NCBI GenBank assembly: GCA_964036045.1
Contig: OZ038379.1
Span: 10,912,001-10,976,000 of the forward strand
Source: Eutreptiella sp. 'Long Island Sound 2002'
Taxonomy: Eukaryota > Protista > Euglenida
DNA: 64,000 nt
Direction of reading: 5' to 3'
The position numbers and the translations under genes were made by a program. Under the pieces are notes generated by a model. That model worked only from the letters and a program-made list of their open reading frames with translations. It ran no database searches and was not told where the DNA came from. Shown piece after piece: positions 1 through 13,015 of the stretch (position 1 is its first letter; each line of letters opens with the position of its first letter).

Positions 1-373
1 AAAAAATATTTTTTCTATCTGAAGGGGAAGGGCAGAGATGGACAAGGGGGAGGGGGTCTACATCGTCCATTGTTGCTTCCCATATGTGCTAAATGTGATC
101 CCCCTCATAACCTATGGTAGCTGGGCACACCAGTCAAGACCCCGAATGGGCAATGGGGGATCATTTTGTAGTGGACAAAACAATACGGCGGCGCCACACA
201 ACCCCTGCCCCGCGTATTACTGTTTCTTATTTCCGAAGGCTTCCGCATGATTGCTGTCCATTGTCCACAAAAATTGCATCTTTGTGCAGGCCAACGTCCA
301 AAGTCCTTGATGGACATTGCTATTGCTTTGGACAAACACTGTTAGTCCCACAGGGCCCTGGATGGTTGCCATG

Positions 374-560
374 ATTTCTTGGTGCGTTCTGAACGGTTGC
401 TCACATTTCTTGGTGCGCTTTGGATGGTTCATGTTATTTCCTGGTGCACTCAGGATGGTTACTATTATTTCTTGGTGCACTTTGGATGTTATTTCTGTTA
501 TTTCCTGGTGTGCTTTGGATGGTTGCTGCTATTTCTTGGTGCACTCTGGATGGATGCTCT
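374..560. repeat. Degenerate tandem repeat, ~31-bp unit, ~6 copies
   Basis: ATTTC(T/C)TGGTGC..TGGATGGTT recurs at 374, 405, 436 and onward. Confidence 0.8.
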
Positions 561-1233
561 ATGGCAGCTCACATAATCCTACTGCCCGATGGCAGCACAA
601 AAAAAACAAAATAAATAAAACAATAAAACAAAAGGGACATAGACAAAACACACAAAACAGCCCTGCTGCCCTGCGGTGGCACAATAAAGCCCTCCTGCCC
701 TGCCGCACCACAAAAAACCCTTTGTGAAAAAAAATTGCAAATGACAAATTGCACCCTCCCATGCCATGGCAAAACCCCCCCTTCTTGGCCCCCCGCCGTA
801 AGGTTGCCTAGCATGGGACCCCCCCCCACGCAAAAGCGAATTGGTGATGCCCCTGACACTTGAACTAGAGGTCCCAAGTATGAGTCCCAGGCCGGGTGGT
901 AAGTTGGCACGCACGGCTGTTTCAGGCGCCAGGGTGTCGGTGACCCCACGAGGGGAGGGACACTGCAGGGATAGCTGGCGTGCAGAGATTGCCCGGTCAA
1001 CCGCTCCGGAACCCCCCCCCCTTCCTGCAGCCGGCGGGTGCGGGTGGTTCTGCTTTGCGCCCCATCCTGACGCACGGAAGCGGGACCAAGGGGGGGTCCG
1101 TCCAAAAGCACGAAGAAACGTGAATGCCGCCGATGCCCACGAAGAACGCCCATCACGAGAAGTGAGAAGAGGCAGTGAGCGAGCAGACGAGCAGAAGTGC
1201 AGAGAAAAGATGGAAGAGGAGGCCCGTCCATAC

Positions 1234-2271
1234 CTGCAGCCACCCGGTCCGGTTCACATTGTAGCACACGACGTAGCGTCCTGCCGGAAGCTGCAGCCCT
1301 CCCTCCAGAAACCCGGTGGAGCCCGTGAGCAGGCCGCTATGCACTGACCACACGCCGCCGTCACTGAGGGAGTCACACCCCGCGGCCTCGTCCGAGAAGC
1401 CGTACGTGTCCTCGGTCGACAGCCTGATCCCCAGCATCGAGAGGGTGAAATTGGTGGTCTGCTGGGGCTGTGCCGGGGTCACGGCATAGCCGTATACCCC
1501 CTGGACGGAGAACGCGGGCTCGAACAGGTCCGGCTCCCCCTTCAAGAAGTAGCACACGCGGTACGCGCCCGCGACCAGCGGGTAGACCGGGATTGTGAGG
1601 GTGGCCCGCGGGGGGTCTGCGCCGGTGAACATGCCGCTGGTCACGTTGGTGCGCGCGACGGCGGTGCACTCCTCCGCCTCCAGCGCGATCGCGAAATGGT
1701 CCGCGGTCGAGAGCCCGACACCCTCGACAACCAGCGTCAAGTTGGCGCGTGAAACGGGGACGGCCGGGACCGTGTGCAAGCGGACGGTCCCGGTGACCTC
1801 GAGCGGCGGCTGCAGCGCATGCCACGTGTGGGACTGGTAGCAGAGGTGGTATACCCCGGCGGTCAGCCGCAGGTCCCGCAGCTCGACGGTCTCATCGTCC
1901 AGCACCATCTCCTCCGTGACGTTGAACGCGGCTGAGGGCGAGTCGCAATCGTCGTCGGGCTGCAGCGCCACCGCGACGCGATCCGCGGCCGCCAGCCCCA
2001 CACCGCGCACGACGATCGTGCCGTTGCGCAGCTGCAGGACCGGGGCCTCGGCGCTCGCGTACCCGTGCGGCCCCGCGATCGCGAGCGGCGCATCGAGGGC
2101 GAACCAGGGGTTGTCCCCGAAGCGGTAGCACACCGTGGCGCGCATCGGGCGGGACTCGAGGGTGACCGCGCTGGCGTCGACGCGCGTGCGCTCGGGGTTG
2201 AGCATGCCCTGGGTCACGGCGTAGAACGGCTCTGAATAGTTCCCGCATGGGCTGTGGGCTGCGTCGACGAG
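1234..2271 (-). CDS. Exon 2 of the same surface protein, about four ~100-aa repeats; the gene probably continues toward or beyond the window start
   Basis: Acceptor TTTCCACAG| at 2272 (phase 0, giving ...DLFQ|LVDAAH...). Donor CAG|GTATGG at 1234/1233. Recurrent pattern G..L...D.f....C......G.Y.vCY. Strong GC3 bias. Confidence 0.8.
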
Positions 2272-3104
2272 CTGTGGAAAGCGGTGCAATGGGAAGATGG
2301 ACCCACCCCCCCCCCCCACGGGTTCTAGCGCTGCTGGCGCCACTGCTGACCCGGCCTAGGGCCGTTTGCCCTGCAAACCTGTATGCGACCCCCCTGAAAT
2401 GGGTCGCAACACCGGGTGTTCGCTGGACATGGGGGGCGCAGGGGTCGACGGGTGATGGTTGTTCGTACAGCACCTGCCGGTCACCAACTCCGCTCACCAT
2501 CAATGGCACAACGATCATTCCACAGACACGTGGTATCCGTTGCGCCATTCCCTCGGAGTTCTCGGCCCAAAATGTTGTTATCTCAAAACCATTACCCCAT
2601 CAAACGGGGTCCCAGATCGTCCGAACGCCTACTGTTCGTTGGGCACGGTGTGTTGGACAACGGGGGCGGGGGGGTGTTCATCAGGCAGGAGGTGTGCACC
2701 AGCTCCCCAGGTCCCGGGCTTCCATTTCGTTGCGTCTTATCTCAACAACAGCTGTGTTTCTTGTGGCGCCCATGAATTGCACTGTGCAATAGCACTTATC
2801 CCCCGTGTCAGCCAGGAAACTGTAAAAGCTCTGAGCATTGCACACAACATGGGTGAGGCTTGACGTGTGGCCGGTATGGTCCCCTGGCAGCAACGGGGGT
2901 TCTGGGCTGGAGCCGGACAGAGACCGGCATCGCGACGCGACAAAAGGGGTTGCGTTGGTGTGCGTGCGTGTGGGACGTGGGGGTTATTTTGAGTTGGGGG
3001 GTGAGAGACATCAAGCGTGTGTCTGGGGGATGGGGTGGTACATTGAATTGTTTTGGGTGTTAGTAAGTGTGTGCGTGGGGCGGGTTACATTCGTTTTTTT
3101 TTCG

Positions 3105-3202
3105 GTGTGTGCGTGTGTGCGTGTGTGCGTGTATGCGTGTGCGTGTGCGTGTGCGTGTGCGTGTGCGTGTGCGTGTGCGTGCGCGTGCGCGTGCGCGTGC
3201 GT

Positions 3203-3277
<75 letters not shown>
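3105..3277. repeat. Compound alternating purine-pyrimidine microsatellite (GTGTGC)n/(GC)n/(GT)n in the intron
   Basis: Read directly from the sequence. Confidence 0.95.
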
Positions 3278-3282
<5 letters not shown>

Positions 3283-3289
3283 GTTGAGA

Positions 3290-3640
3290 CCTGATGAAGG
3301 GGAACTAAGCGAAGGTGGGCCCTTTGGTAGACTTACCATGTTTCACAAACCCACCTACCCACCCACCCACCTACTGGATTGCAACCACTCAAAGGCAAAT
3401 GATTTCAAAAAGGAGTGGGAATGAAATGTGTGTGTGTGTGTGTGTGTGATCTGTACTTATAGAGGTGGATCCTTGTGCAGCGCTGGGCAGGACGCCCCAT
3501 TTGGCTCAGGACTGCTGAGGCCTCTGTGGAACGTTGGACCCTCCCCTTCTGCGGTGTGTGTGTGTGTGTGTGTGGTAAAACCGAATTACGGGGAGCTAAG
3601 CGAGGGTGTAGGTGGAACCTTTGGTAGACGTACCTTGTCA
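3290..3640 (+). repeat. Two copies of a dispersed repeat (GAGCTAAGCGAAGGTG..GGAACCTTTGGTAGAC); a third copy is at ~54035-54170
   Basis: Near-identical core at ~3301, ~3592 and ~54049. The downstream CTGGATTGC.ACCACTCAAAGGCA...TTCAAAAA segment is shared by the 3.3-kb and 54-kb copies. Confidence 0.8.
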
Positions 3641-3818
3641 GGGGTAGTGTGTGTGTGGGGGGGGGTACATGTGTTTTTGGGCACGCATGCCTTTTAAAGG
3701 ACCGGGGCACCATTGCGAAGGGGGTGGGGGCATTACGTTTTGGGGGTAAGGGGCACTAAATGGATAGCCACACCGCAGCCCTCACAACGGGCCAAAGGAG
3801 GCGAAGGAGGCGACTCAC

Positions 3819-5138
3819 CTGAAACAGATCGCCTTCCGCAAAGGCCTGGCCCTCGAAATAGATGGCGAACTCCTGGGAGCCGTGCACGGACGGCGGGGCC
3901 GTGCTGTACGAGGGGGCGAGTAGGGGCTGGACCTGCAGGCAGTACGGCAGCGACGTGGTCATCTCCCACACCGACGTGTTCACCCACGTGGCCGTCCAGC
4001 ACACGATCTCAGGGCTCGTGTGGTTGACAGAGGGCGACAGCGTGTGGACATGCTGCAGGGGGTTGCGCCCGGTTTGCCGGGGAGGCCCGAAATACAGCGG
4101 AATTGAGCCCGGGGACATCACCAGGTATCCGCCGGGATGCGAGGACAGCGAGCGCGCGGCAACGGAGAGGTTGCGCGCGGCGCCCACCAGTGCCACGTAC
4201 CGCGTCCCGGCGGGCGGTGACGGGGCGACGAACGTCGGGATGTCGGGCAGCGCGCAGCCGCCCGCGCCGCACTCCGCGGAGGTGCCGCACGCGACCCCGG
4301 CGAAGGCCCCGGAGGCGTCGTCGCAGCGGCGGCCGAGGTGGTGCAGCTCCACGAGGAAGTCCACGGCGGCGGTCCGGTCGCCGTCGGTGACGACGAGCTG
4401 GAGGCTGTAGAGGCCCCCGTTGACCGTCCCCGTGGCGTTGACCCATGTGATGGACCCCGTGACGGGGTCGATAGTCATGCCGTCCGGGGCCCCCGAGCCC
4501 TCTGCGCTGCCGCTCATTTCTTGGCTCGTGGCGAACCGAAAGTGAGGGATCCGCCCCAAGGGGTCGGCCATCAGCACCGGAGTGAACGTGAAGTTGTGCT
4601 CCCCCACCGGCACGAAGATCCGCACCGTGGGGGTCGTCCCCAGCACCATGCCGGACGTCGCGTTGCTCCGGAAATCGACCCCGGCGGCAATCCGCATTGT
4701 GGTGTTCGGGTTGTTCTGCAACTCGACCGGCCGGCAGCACGTCTCCACGTACGCCGCGGCCTTGTTGTCCAAGGCCGCGACCGCTACGGGGCTGTATGTG
4801 TGCGTGACCTTGCATTGCGTGATGACCACGTCCTCCACGTCATCGTGCAACGTAACGACGCAAGTTTCGTTGGAAAAAGCGGTTGACTGCGCGTCGCCGA
4901 AGTGCATGACAAGGTCACCGTATGAAAAGGGGTCCCCAGGCGCAAAGTCTTCCTCCCCGAATTCCGAGGCATTAAAAGCAAAGGTCGACGAGAATTCGAT
5001 CGTGTTCGAGGTTTGCCAAGAAGTGTGCCCCGGCTCCTTCACGCGTTGGTAACTGATCGTGGCGTATCGGAATGGGCTTGCCGAGGCGCTCACGAACAAC
5101 CACGTCAAGAGTACCCATGCCGCACGCCCATGAACCAT
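3819..5138 (-). CDS. Exon 1 of a large secreted/surface protein: signal peptide, N-terminal domain and He_PIG-like (putative Ig) domain
   Basis: ATG at 5138 directly follows an AG. The N-terminus MVHGRAAWVLLTWLFVSASA is hydrophobic, followed by SPFRYATISYQRV. APDGMTIDPVTGSITW...LYSLQLVVTDG matches the He_PIG pattern. GC3 is high. Donor CAG|GTGAGT at 3819/3818, phase 0. Confidence 0.82.
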
Positions 5139-7853
5139 CTGGTCTACGAAGTGGATCCGCACGACCCCATGGCACAAAATCTTGATGAAAGTGTGAAGGT
5201 ATTGACAAAACGTCGCGTGCAACACGATGAAAGGCAAGCGAACTGGTCATGTATACCAACCACCAACCACCAGCCAATCAACCAAAATAAACAAAATAAA
5301 CATGCCCCGGTTTGCCGCCCCCCACCGTGTAATCTGTAGAAGGTTATAGGAATAGGCAAGTACAATCCAAACCCTTGCCAACACGTCTTCCGACGTGCAA
5401 CAACAAAAGGTACAAAAGGTACAAAAGGTTTTCCGTGGAGATGTGGCAGAGGGCATCATTTCTTGGGTGGTAGCAAAGATGGTTGAAGGATATTTTGAAG
5501 GGGAGTCGAATGGGTGGGGGGGGAATCCCGATTCATGATCTGGTCCTTGGGGAGTGGGGGGGGGGGGGGTCAACACCCTGATCCATTTTTATGGGCGTGC
5601 ACGCTTGTCTTTTTTGAGTGTCTAATTTTTTTCGCCTGGTCCAATGTGCACTGTCTTTTGCTTTTGTGCTATCTGCTAGCCCTCCAATCAATCCAATCTA
5701 GCCCTCCAATCTCGTTTGATGCATTTTGGATTGTGGCAAGTTGATGATGTGGATGATGTGTGGATAGTAGCTATGTTTTTTTTTGGAAGAATCAAGAACT
5801 TTCATTGGGCAATTAGTTTGTGTGCTTCGTGGTAACGTGTCTTCATGTCATTAATTTTGCATTTATGAATGAGGAACTTTATTGTGCATCAAGAACTTTG
5901 GTGATTGTTTGTTGCGGTGCGCCGTGCGTGTGTTGTGTGGGGGTGTGTGCGGTGTCCATGGCTCCTTGGCTCTCGTTCACCGTTGTTGTGTTGTGTGTGC
6001 ATGTGTGTGGTGTGTGTACACGTGTGCAATGTTGCAAACCAAGCATTTGTTGTCCATTAGGAACTTGCTTCAGTTTTGCTTTATGGATCGAGAACTTTGT
6101 TGTTCTTTGTAGTGCTCGCATCATCTTCAAGACCCCCAAAGATAGCATGACTCATGAGTGATCTGCCCAATGCTGCTTGGCAAGTTCATCTTTGGGCACC
6201 TAATTTGGAATTTTCAAATTTAGCATGGTCAAGGATGTATTTGCTTTGCCATGTGCCTGTCTCTTTGTGGCCTCCCATCGTGGCTCTACGTTGGAAAGTT
6301 CAGGAAGACTTGGTGGTTGGGGCTTCCATGGCAGTACACGCGCGTACGGTCTTTGTTGGATTTTTTTCTCTAATCCATTTTGGGGGGGTTAGGAGGGTGG
6401 GGGGTCATATCCATGTCCAATCTGTGATCCGGTCCATTGGGAGGGTTCCACCACTCTAATCCAGGGGGGATCACATCGCCTAGTCCCCGAAGAGAAGGTG
6501 TAATACTTGAAAGGCGGGTCTTGATCTGCATGTTTGCGGCATATTGGTCAACTCAATTTGCAGTGTCAACACGACTAAATAATAAACAAATGCATTCCCG
6601 TTGTCTAATGTTGACATTTTCCTCAAAATGGGTTGAAATTGCGTGTCAGCAACCGCCACTTGGCGCATCCACATGTGTCAAGTTGTGTGAAGATGCCAAA
6701 GAATGTGTCACGCCCATGCATGAAGCCATGCATGCTAAATTCCCAATTCATGGCCAATTAATTACCATGACGAACAACACAAAAATGTACATAAATACTA
6801 ATAATAAAAAGATATATATGTATATATATATATAGATATATATATTGAAAAACAAAGATGCTGAACGGTGATTTACACGTGGTAGTGAACCAAAAGTAAC
6901 GGTACTCGAGTCGCGTGCGCGGCCTGCACAGAACAACTACTCAGGTAAATTTTGTTATTCGGAAGGCATGCCAATTTTTTCTCCGATTGAAAATTTATTT
7001 GCTAGATGTGCTGTCGAACATAAGTTGCATTTTCACACGAAGTAATCGATATCGGGAAATCCGGAAATAATTCATCGCAGGAGTGCTGCATATCGAAACT
7101 TTTGTCACTACTTTGGGCTGTCTTCCAAGTGAATGAAGACACAAGGGGAGCCAACGAAGGTCCAACAATCACAACACCAAAACAAGGGGGGTCAAGTTGT
7201 TGCAAAACCCAAAGAGAAAGCGTTCAACTAGCAAAAAGCTGAAACAGATGAGTGAGTGCTTTGTGCATTGCATCATCCAGTGTTTCCCGACCCACAAATG
7301 GGTTGTTTCTCAATCTTTAAGCGTTACACGCCTTCCTTTGCGCCTATATTTTTGTACGTGCTACGTATGCTCAACCATCCTAGCCACAAGGATAGCCAGC
7401 ATCTGTTCCTTTGCCTCTTGACGTTTTTCCGGTTTGGGTGATCACATCCAAAATATCACACAAAAAGGCCTCACCAACTGGGACTATTGAGATGCAACCC
7501 TTTCCTTTGCATAACAATTCAGGCCGGTAACCCTTCCCATGGATATTGCCTTCTTCGTGTATAGATTTCGTAGAACGTCCACGAGAGGGACCTAAATAAC
7601 AAGGGTTCCTAATGTAACTACTGTAGCGAGTGTAGCTCCTTGCGTGACGGCTCATAATAGAGGCTATAGCTTCCTAATGATTTCTACGTGTTGACGTGCT
7701 TCGCCTCTTAGGAAACTCGGCCATCGAGATGTAGCTACAATAATTCTCGAATTCCGCATACATGGTGGGCATTGATCTAGAATAATAGGCTTGCCCAATC
7801 CGGAGCACTAGGAGACGTGGTTCCTCGCAACAAGGACTTCGACATTTCATGAC

Positions 7854-8054
7854 CCCGATGCTCCTCTCACTCGTCTACCCTCTTTCCCTCTTCTCCTTTG
7901 CTAGAGGGAGTAGGCGGGTCGCCCAAAATACATAGAGTATAGTTTGCGGCATTTCTATGATCCCGATGCTCCTCTCACTCGTCTACCCTCTTTCCCTCTT
8001 CTCCTTTGCTAGAGGGAGTAGGCCGGTCGCCCAAAATGCATAGAGTATAGTTTG
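7854..8054. repeat. Tandem duplication of ~93 bp (7854-7946 and 7962-8054)
   Basis: CCCGATGCTCCTCTCACTCG...TAGAGTATAGTTTG occurs twice with few mismatches. Confidence 0.9.
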
Positions 8055-8072
8055 GATTCGATTTTTCGGCAG

Positions 8073-8094
<22 letters not shown>

Positions 8095-8166
<72 letters not shown>
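8095..8166. repeat. (GA)36 microsatellite
   Basis: Read directly from the sequence. Confidence 0.97.
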
Positions 8167-8171
<5 letters not shown>

Positions 8172-8889
8172 AACGAATGAAAAAGCAAGAAGAAAGTGGT
8201 CCTAAAGCATTGGGAACGCCGAGTGGCCACCAATTTTCTTCTGTTGTGTAGACTGGGATGTAGACAATGTTTGGATCCACGAAGTGCGTTCATGGTATCG
8301 CCAAACAAGTGCACACGGCAAGCTTCAAGGTAACCAACACCGCACGTAGTGTCGCGTCATTTGTTGTGTGACCTTCGTAGTCCTCTAGTCCTAGAAGCCA
8401 TCTTTTCACCTTCTCGAACCCGAATTCCGCGGCCACTTGGTTTGACGGGTTTTGGTTGCCATGCCGAACCGATCCAAAATGATCGTAACGTCGGGAATTT
8501 TGCAAGACAAGCTAGTTGCTCGTGTTCAACTCAAGAAAGCTCGGCCTTCGTCTTTTTCACTTGTCATGTGTAGATGATGCTTCGGATACTTCGCCGAAGC
8601 ATGGAGAACAATACCATTTGTGTTTTGCGGACATTCCAAATCGAGATCGGAGTACTAGGCGCTATTGGAAGCTTGTGGTCACCGAGTCTCCGCGAGTTGC
8701 ACATCAAAGGTGTTGATTGGTGGTGTGCAGAAGAAGTTGACCCAAGCATAGGGTCTAGGGGCGGGTGGAGGGGGGGGGGGGGGCGGGCAAAGGCTGGTTC
8801 AACCGAGCGGGTTTGCCGTTGCACCACCTCCACCCAAACCTAGCGTGAGCCACATGTTATCGCTATCCAAGAACAAGGGCTACACGCCC

Positions 8890-9720
8890 AACCACACTAG
8901 CTTGACAAACACGGCGATCACTACCATGAGGCATGGACCAAAGGGCCGGATTTCACCTGATGAAACGTCACCGCGTAACATTGACACCAACTCCATTTGA
9001 TTAAGCAACGAGACTTGGGCGGGATGGGCCGGCTTTGAAACACACTAGTGGTTTTTGTTGGTTCTTGTGCAGTACTTGTGTGGAAGCCCTCCCTCCTAGC
9101 CAATATCTTCTTCAACATTAAGGATGCTATGTGCCAAAATGTCCACAATTTTCCCACCTTAATTTGGGGCCTCCCAAAAAAAATACCCCTTCAAATTATC
9201 CCCCCCCCCCCCCCCCGACGATATTTCTTTGCAAAGATATCAATGTGTGTGTGCTACGGTGTCCCATCCCTTGTGTCCCCCAACTCTCCAAAGGGCGTAC
9301 CCAATGTGTATCCTAGAAACAAAAACTGAGTATCTTAGCAAACGTAAAGTCTCACTAACTCCGGCAAGCAAGACTCCAACAGTCACCATGAAACAACGCA
9401 TCCGTCGAGTCTCCACCAGGAGGTGGGGCTATCGATGGAGACAGACTGGGTTTGTCATGAGGGCGCCCGCTCGTTCTTATTACAGCTGCCATGACTGCGA
9501 TGGTGGGTTCACATGGAATCAGTGCCGTGCAGAAGTAGAGCCAGGAAGTCCATGCCAAAGCCAACACTTCCACCACCACCACCGAATCGCCCCTAGTCAG
9601 CGGGCAGAGCTCGCGATAATATGCAAAGGCCAACAGTACCCCAAAGGGTACCTCGTCCCCGGCAGCGGTATGTGTTGTTTGGTCAAGCGTGAGGCGAGTT
9701 CCAGCAGAGATATGGTCAAC
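8890..9720 (+). mobile_element. Possible highly decayed 3' end of a non-LTR retrotransposon (restriction-like endonuclease clade)
   Basis: Broken-frame peptides LDKHGDH (~8901) and METDWVCHEGARSFLLQL (~9436) resemble the zinc-knuckle and RLE C-terminal motifs (LD.hGDH; mET.G.WG..Ar.fl..L). Many stops and frameshifts. Confidence 0.3.
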
Positions 9721-10203
9721 GGCGGGGATGCGGTACGGACGGCTCAGCTCAGGGGCACATAGGACATAGCCCTGGTACTAGGGGAGTGGGACACAGACAC
9801 AGAGGGGGACAGGGCTGGGGAGTGTCAAGCCCCCTCAAAATTGAAGGTTTGGGCGGTTTGCAGGGGCTCCTGTGAACTGAGCCTGCACAAAAGGGCAGTG
9901 CTGAGCTTGTGTCAATTAGCCAAAACCTGAAATTGCCTCAAACTGGGTTCAAGAACTTTGGGGAGTTGGGGGGTTGGGGGTGGGTGGGGGGGGGGGGATG
10001 AACCAGGGTGCCCCTTGGCTCCGCGCTAGTCAGCTTGCCGCACATTTTCAAACCAGTGCAAACCATGACACAAGCTATTGACACCTGCTATTGACACAAG
10101 CTAGTGACGCAAGCTCTTGACACAAGACATTGGCACCAACTGTTGATGCAAGCTATTGACACAAGATTTTGACGCCGCAAGCTATTGGAATGTGCCAGCG
10201 TGC

Positions 10204-11760
10204 AGCAAGCCGGCCCTATGCAGCATGAATTATTTAGGGTAACCAACATGTCACAGGGCTCTCCCATTCCCATTTCAATTCTGGTACCTGCACTGTGCAC
10301 CTGAAAGTGCCAGCGAGCGACGAACATGCCCCGTGCCGCATGAATCATTTGGAGTCAACCAACATGTCACAATGTCTCCATTTCCAAAGTCCCACCACCA
10401 GAAAACTGCGCCACCCTCCCCTCCCCTCACGCGACTCACAGCGAGAAGAGGGCTTGGCAGAAGAGGCAACGGTGGACGTAGGCCAATGGGGACTCCTGAG
10501 TGCTCATAGCTTGTTTCCCCTTGCCCCAGACGTCTTGCCCAGATTCAACCTGTGGTTGCAAGCCCCACCACGAGAAAAATGCCGACCCCGCCCCCCCCAA
10601 CCACCACACCACATTCCTCGTCACTGGCCACCACCAACGCGACTAACAGCGGGAAGAGGGCATGACAGAAGGAGCAACGGTGGACGTAGGCCAATGGGGA
10701 CTCTCCAGTGCTCATAGCCCGTTTCCCCTTGCCCCGGACGTCCGGGCCAAATTCAGTTGTGGTTGCAGCGTCCCGCCACCAGAAAACTGCCATCCCCCCC
10801 CCGTCACGCCACATTCCTCATCACTGCCCAACGTCACGAAATTCATTTAACACCAGTTCCCACTTCCTGCGGTTGAGTGCCTCTCAGTCAATTCTGATGT
10901 CTGCACTGAGCACCTGAAAGTACCAGCGTGCAGCGAACCAATCCGATGCAGCATGAATCGTTTGGGTTAACCAACACGTCGCAAGATTCTCCCATTCCCA
11001 ACTGGTGAGTGCCCCTCAGTCAACTCTGATGCCTGCACTGTGCCCTGAATGTGCCATCGCGCAGCAAAGCGGCCCTGTGCAACATGAACCTTTCGGTTGA
11101 CCAACAAGTCACAGGGCTCTTCCATTCCCATTTCTACTGGTGCCTGCACTATGCATCTGCATGTGCCAGCGCACAGTGAACCTGCCTAGTGCAGGGTGAA
11201 TGCTTTGGACTCAACGAACCGTAGGATGCCACTCAATCGATTTGACTGCCCGCACTACGCCCTGCATGAGCCATCGCGCAGCAAGCCGGCCCTATGCAGC
11301 ATGAATCATTTAGGGTAACCAGCGTGTCACAGGGCTCTCCCATTCCCATTTCAATTCTGGCACCTGCACTGTGCACCTGAAAGTGCCAGCGAGCGACGAA
11401 CATGCCCTGTGCAGCATGAATCATTTGGAGTCAACCAACATGTCACAATGTCTCCATTTCCAAAGTCCCACCACCAGAAAACTGCGCCACCCCCCCCCCC
11501 ACCCATCCATCAGACCACGTTACGTCACTGCCCACCAACAACGTGACTCACAGCGAGAAGAGGGCCTGACAGAAGAGGCAACGGTGGACGTAGGCCAATG
11601 GGGACTCCCGAGTGCTCATAGCCTGTTTCCCCTTGCCCCAGACGTCCGGCCCAGATTCAACCTGTGGTTACAACCCCCACCACCAGAAAAATGCCTCCCC
11701 CCCCCCCCCCACCACCACACCACATTCCTCGTCACTACCCACCAACAACGCGACTAACAG
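10204..11760. repeat. Complex repeat cluster with two long related copies (~10204-10620 and ~11279-11760) and shorter internal copies
   Basis: GCAAGCCGGCCCTATGCAGCATGAAT..TTTAGGGTAACC and GGACGTAGGCCAATGGGGACT recur. The two long copies are ~1.08 kb apart. Confidence 0.85.
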
Positions 11761-11900
11761 CAGTAAGACGTGGCAGTGGAACGAACCCCTCGTACATGAC
11801 GCAAAGCCCCACCGGAAGCAAAATTGCACGACCACACTTCTGGGGTTGCAAGGCTGAACCGTTGCGATGGCACTGTGTGCAGTGTTGTCATCGCATGTAG

Positions 11901-11965
11901 GCGAGGTGGGGGAGGTGGTACTGGATACGATGTGGCATGATGTGAATAGTGTCCTGCACACAGTG
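11901..11965 (+). CDS. Putative exon of an unknown gene (GEVGEVVLDTMWHDVNSVLHTV)
   Basis: TAG| acceptor, |GTGGGT donor, open frame, ends in phase 0, which fits the next exon. Confidence 0.4.
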
Positions 11966-12099
11966 GTGGGTAGAAGGGTGTGCATTGCTGTGGGTAGCGT
12001 GGGCCATCTCCCAGCCTCGGGTTCAGTTTCCTAGCCTACAGTGTGTGTTGCAGTGACTGGCACCGTGCCCCGATCACGTTGAGTGTGACCAGGTGCTCT

Positions 12100-12260
12100 C
12101 ACTCAAGGTTTTTCAAGGTCTGGCGCGGGGCATCGCCTGCGTGGCAACACCAAGACTGCAGCCGATGGTCTTTACAGTCGGCCCTAGCACTGTCATACAG
12201 CCCTGTTTCAATCATCCGTGATTTGAACGGCTGCCGCCATTTGGGGCTGCCGACGGTGGC
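12100..12260 (+). repeat. Dispersed repeat; second copy at ~15414-15570
   Basis: ACCAAGACTGCAGCC.ATGGTCTTT.CAGTCGGCCCT.GCACTGTCATACAGCCCTGTT is shared by both copies. Confidence 0.85.
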
Positions 12261-12498
12261 TTGCCCAACGGAGGGGACCACCTCGGTGACGATCCATGGG
12301 CATATTCTGGCTACTGTACAATTTGCATAGAATGTGTGCCATTAGAATAAGCTGCTGCAGAATTTCCCTGGCACAGCCCCCCCCCCCCCCGTCCATCAGA
12401 ATAAGCTGCTGCAGAATTTCCCTGGCACAGCCCCCCCCCCCCCCGCTGTGTTTGCTTTGATTGCTCTCAAGACTGTTTCGATGTTTGTCGCTTCATAG

Positions 12499-12588
12499 CC
12501 TCAGACTGGCCGGTCTCTCGCTCACCAAAGTGATAGTTCAGAGGCGTTGATGTTGGATGAGTGGAATGTGCTCAGCAGCAGCACCGCG
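12499..12588 (+). CDS. Putative exon of an unknown gene (PQTGRSLAHQSDSSEALMLDEWNVLSSSTA)
   Basis: CTTCATAG| acceptor, |GTCTGC donor, 90 nt, phase 0-0. Confidence 0.5.
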
Positions 12589-12910
12589 GTCTGCGCATGG
12601 GTAGAAGTGCTTCATGATATCCAGAACCCCCCCCCCCCTCTCCCCCCATGGGTGTCGCCAGCACTGGAGGAACACCAAGGGGCAGAAGCACATCTGTGGG
12701 CATAAGGCCCATTTTCATCTCCCAAAAAACACTTCCTGACCGTCTGTCGACAAAAAATCCGGACAATTTCCTGGTGAAACCCAACCCTCTGCCTACATCT
12801 GTATCACCCGGCACACGTACTGAGCCTTTCCTGCACGCACCCCATGGGTCTGCTCAGGAGGTCACTGTTGGGTTCGGATTTACTGCAAGCATGTTTGTCT
12901 GTGTTTTCAG

Positions 12911-13015
12911 GTTGCATCCACTGATCCATCGCACGCCGAGGCCAAACGGAAGTTTGTTGACATGCTGAACGAGAAATTGGCCCTGCAGCAGCAGGAGACC
13001 AAGGAGACAAAAAAG
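12911..13015 (+). CDS. Putative exon, coiled-coil-like (VASTDPSHAEAKRKFVDMLNEKLALQQQETKETKK)
   Basis: TGTTTTCAG| acceptor, AAG|GTGATG donor, 105 nt, phase 0-0, coding-like codon use. Confidence 0.62.

Noticed and set aside
830-975. Third exon of the surface-protein gene on the minus strand
   Set aside because: A phase-0 acceptor and open frame exist, but the fit to the repeat pattern and codon bias is weak.
3053-3339. ORFs with VC/HT/RV repeats; also the SL-repeat ORFs at 7975-8314
   Set aside because: They are translations of (GT)n, (GTGTGC)n and (GA)n microsatellites.
3862-5052. Long plus-strand and alternative-frame ORFs over the surface-protein exon; likewise 52736-53488 over FKBP and 21028-21736 and 22761-23435 over the YR element
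   Set aside because: They are antisense or frame shadows of GC3-rich real genes and carry no recognisable motifs.
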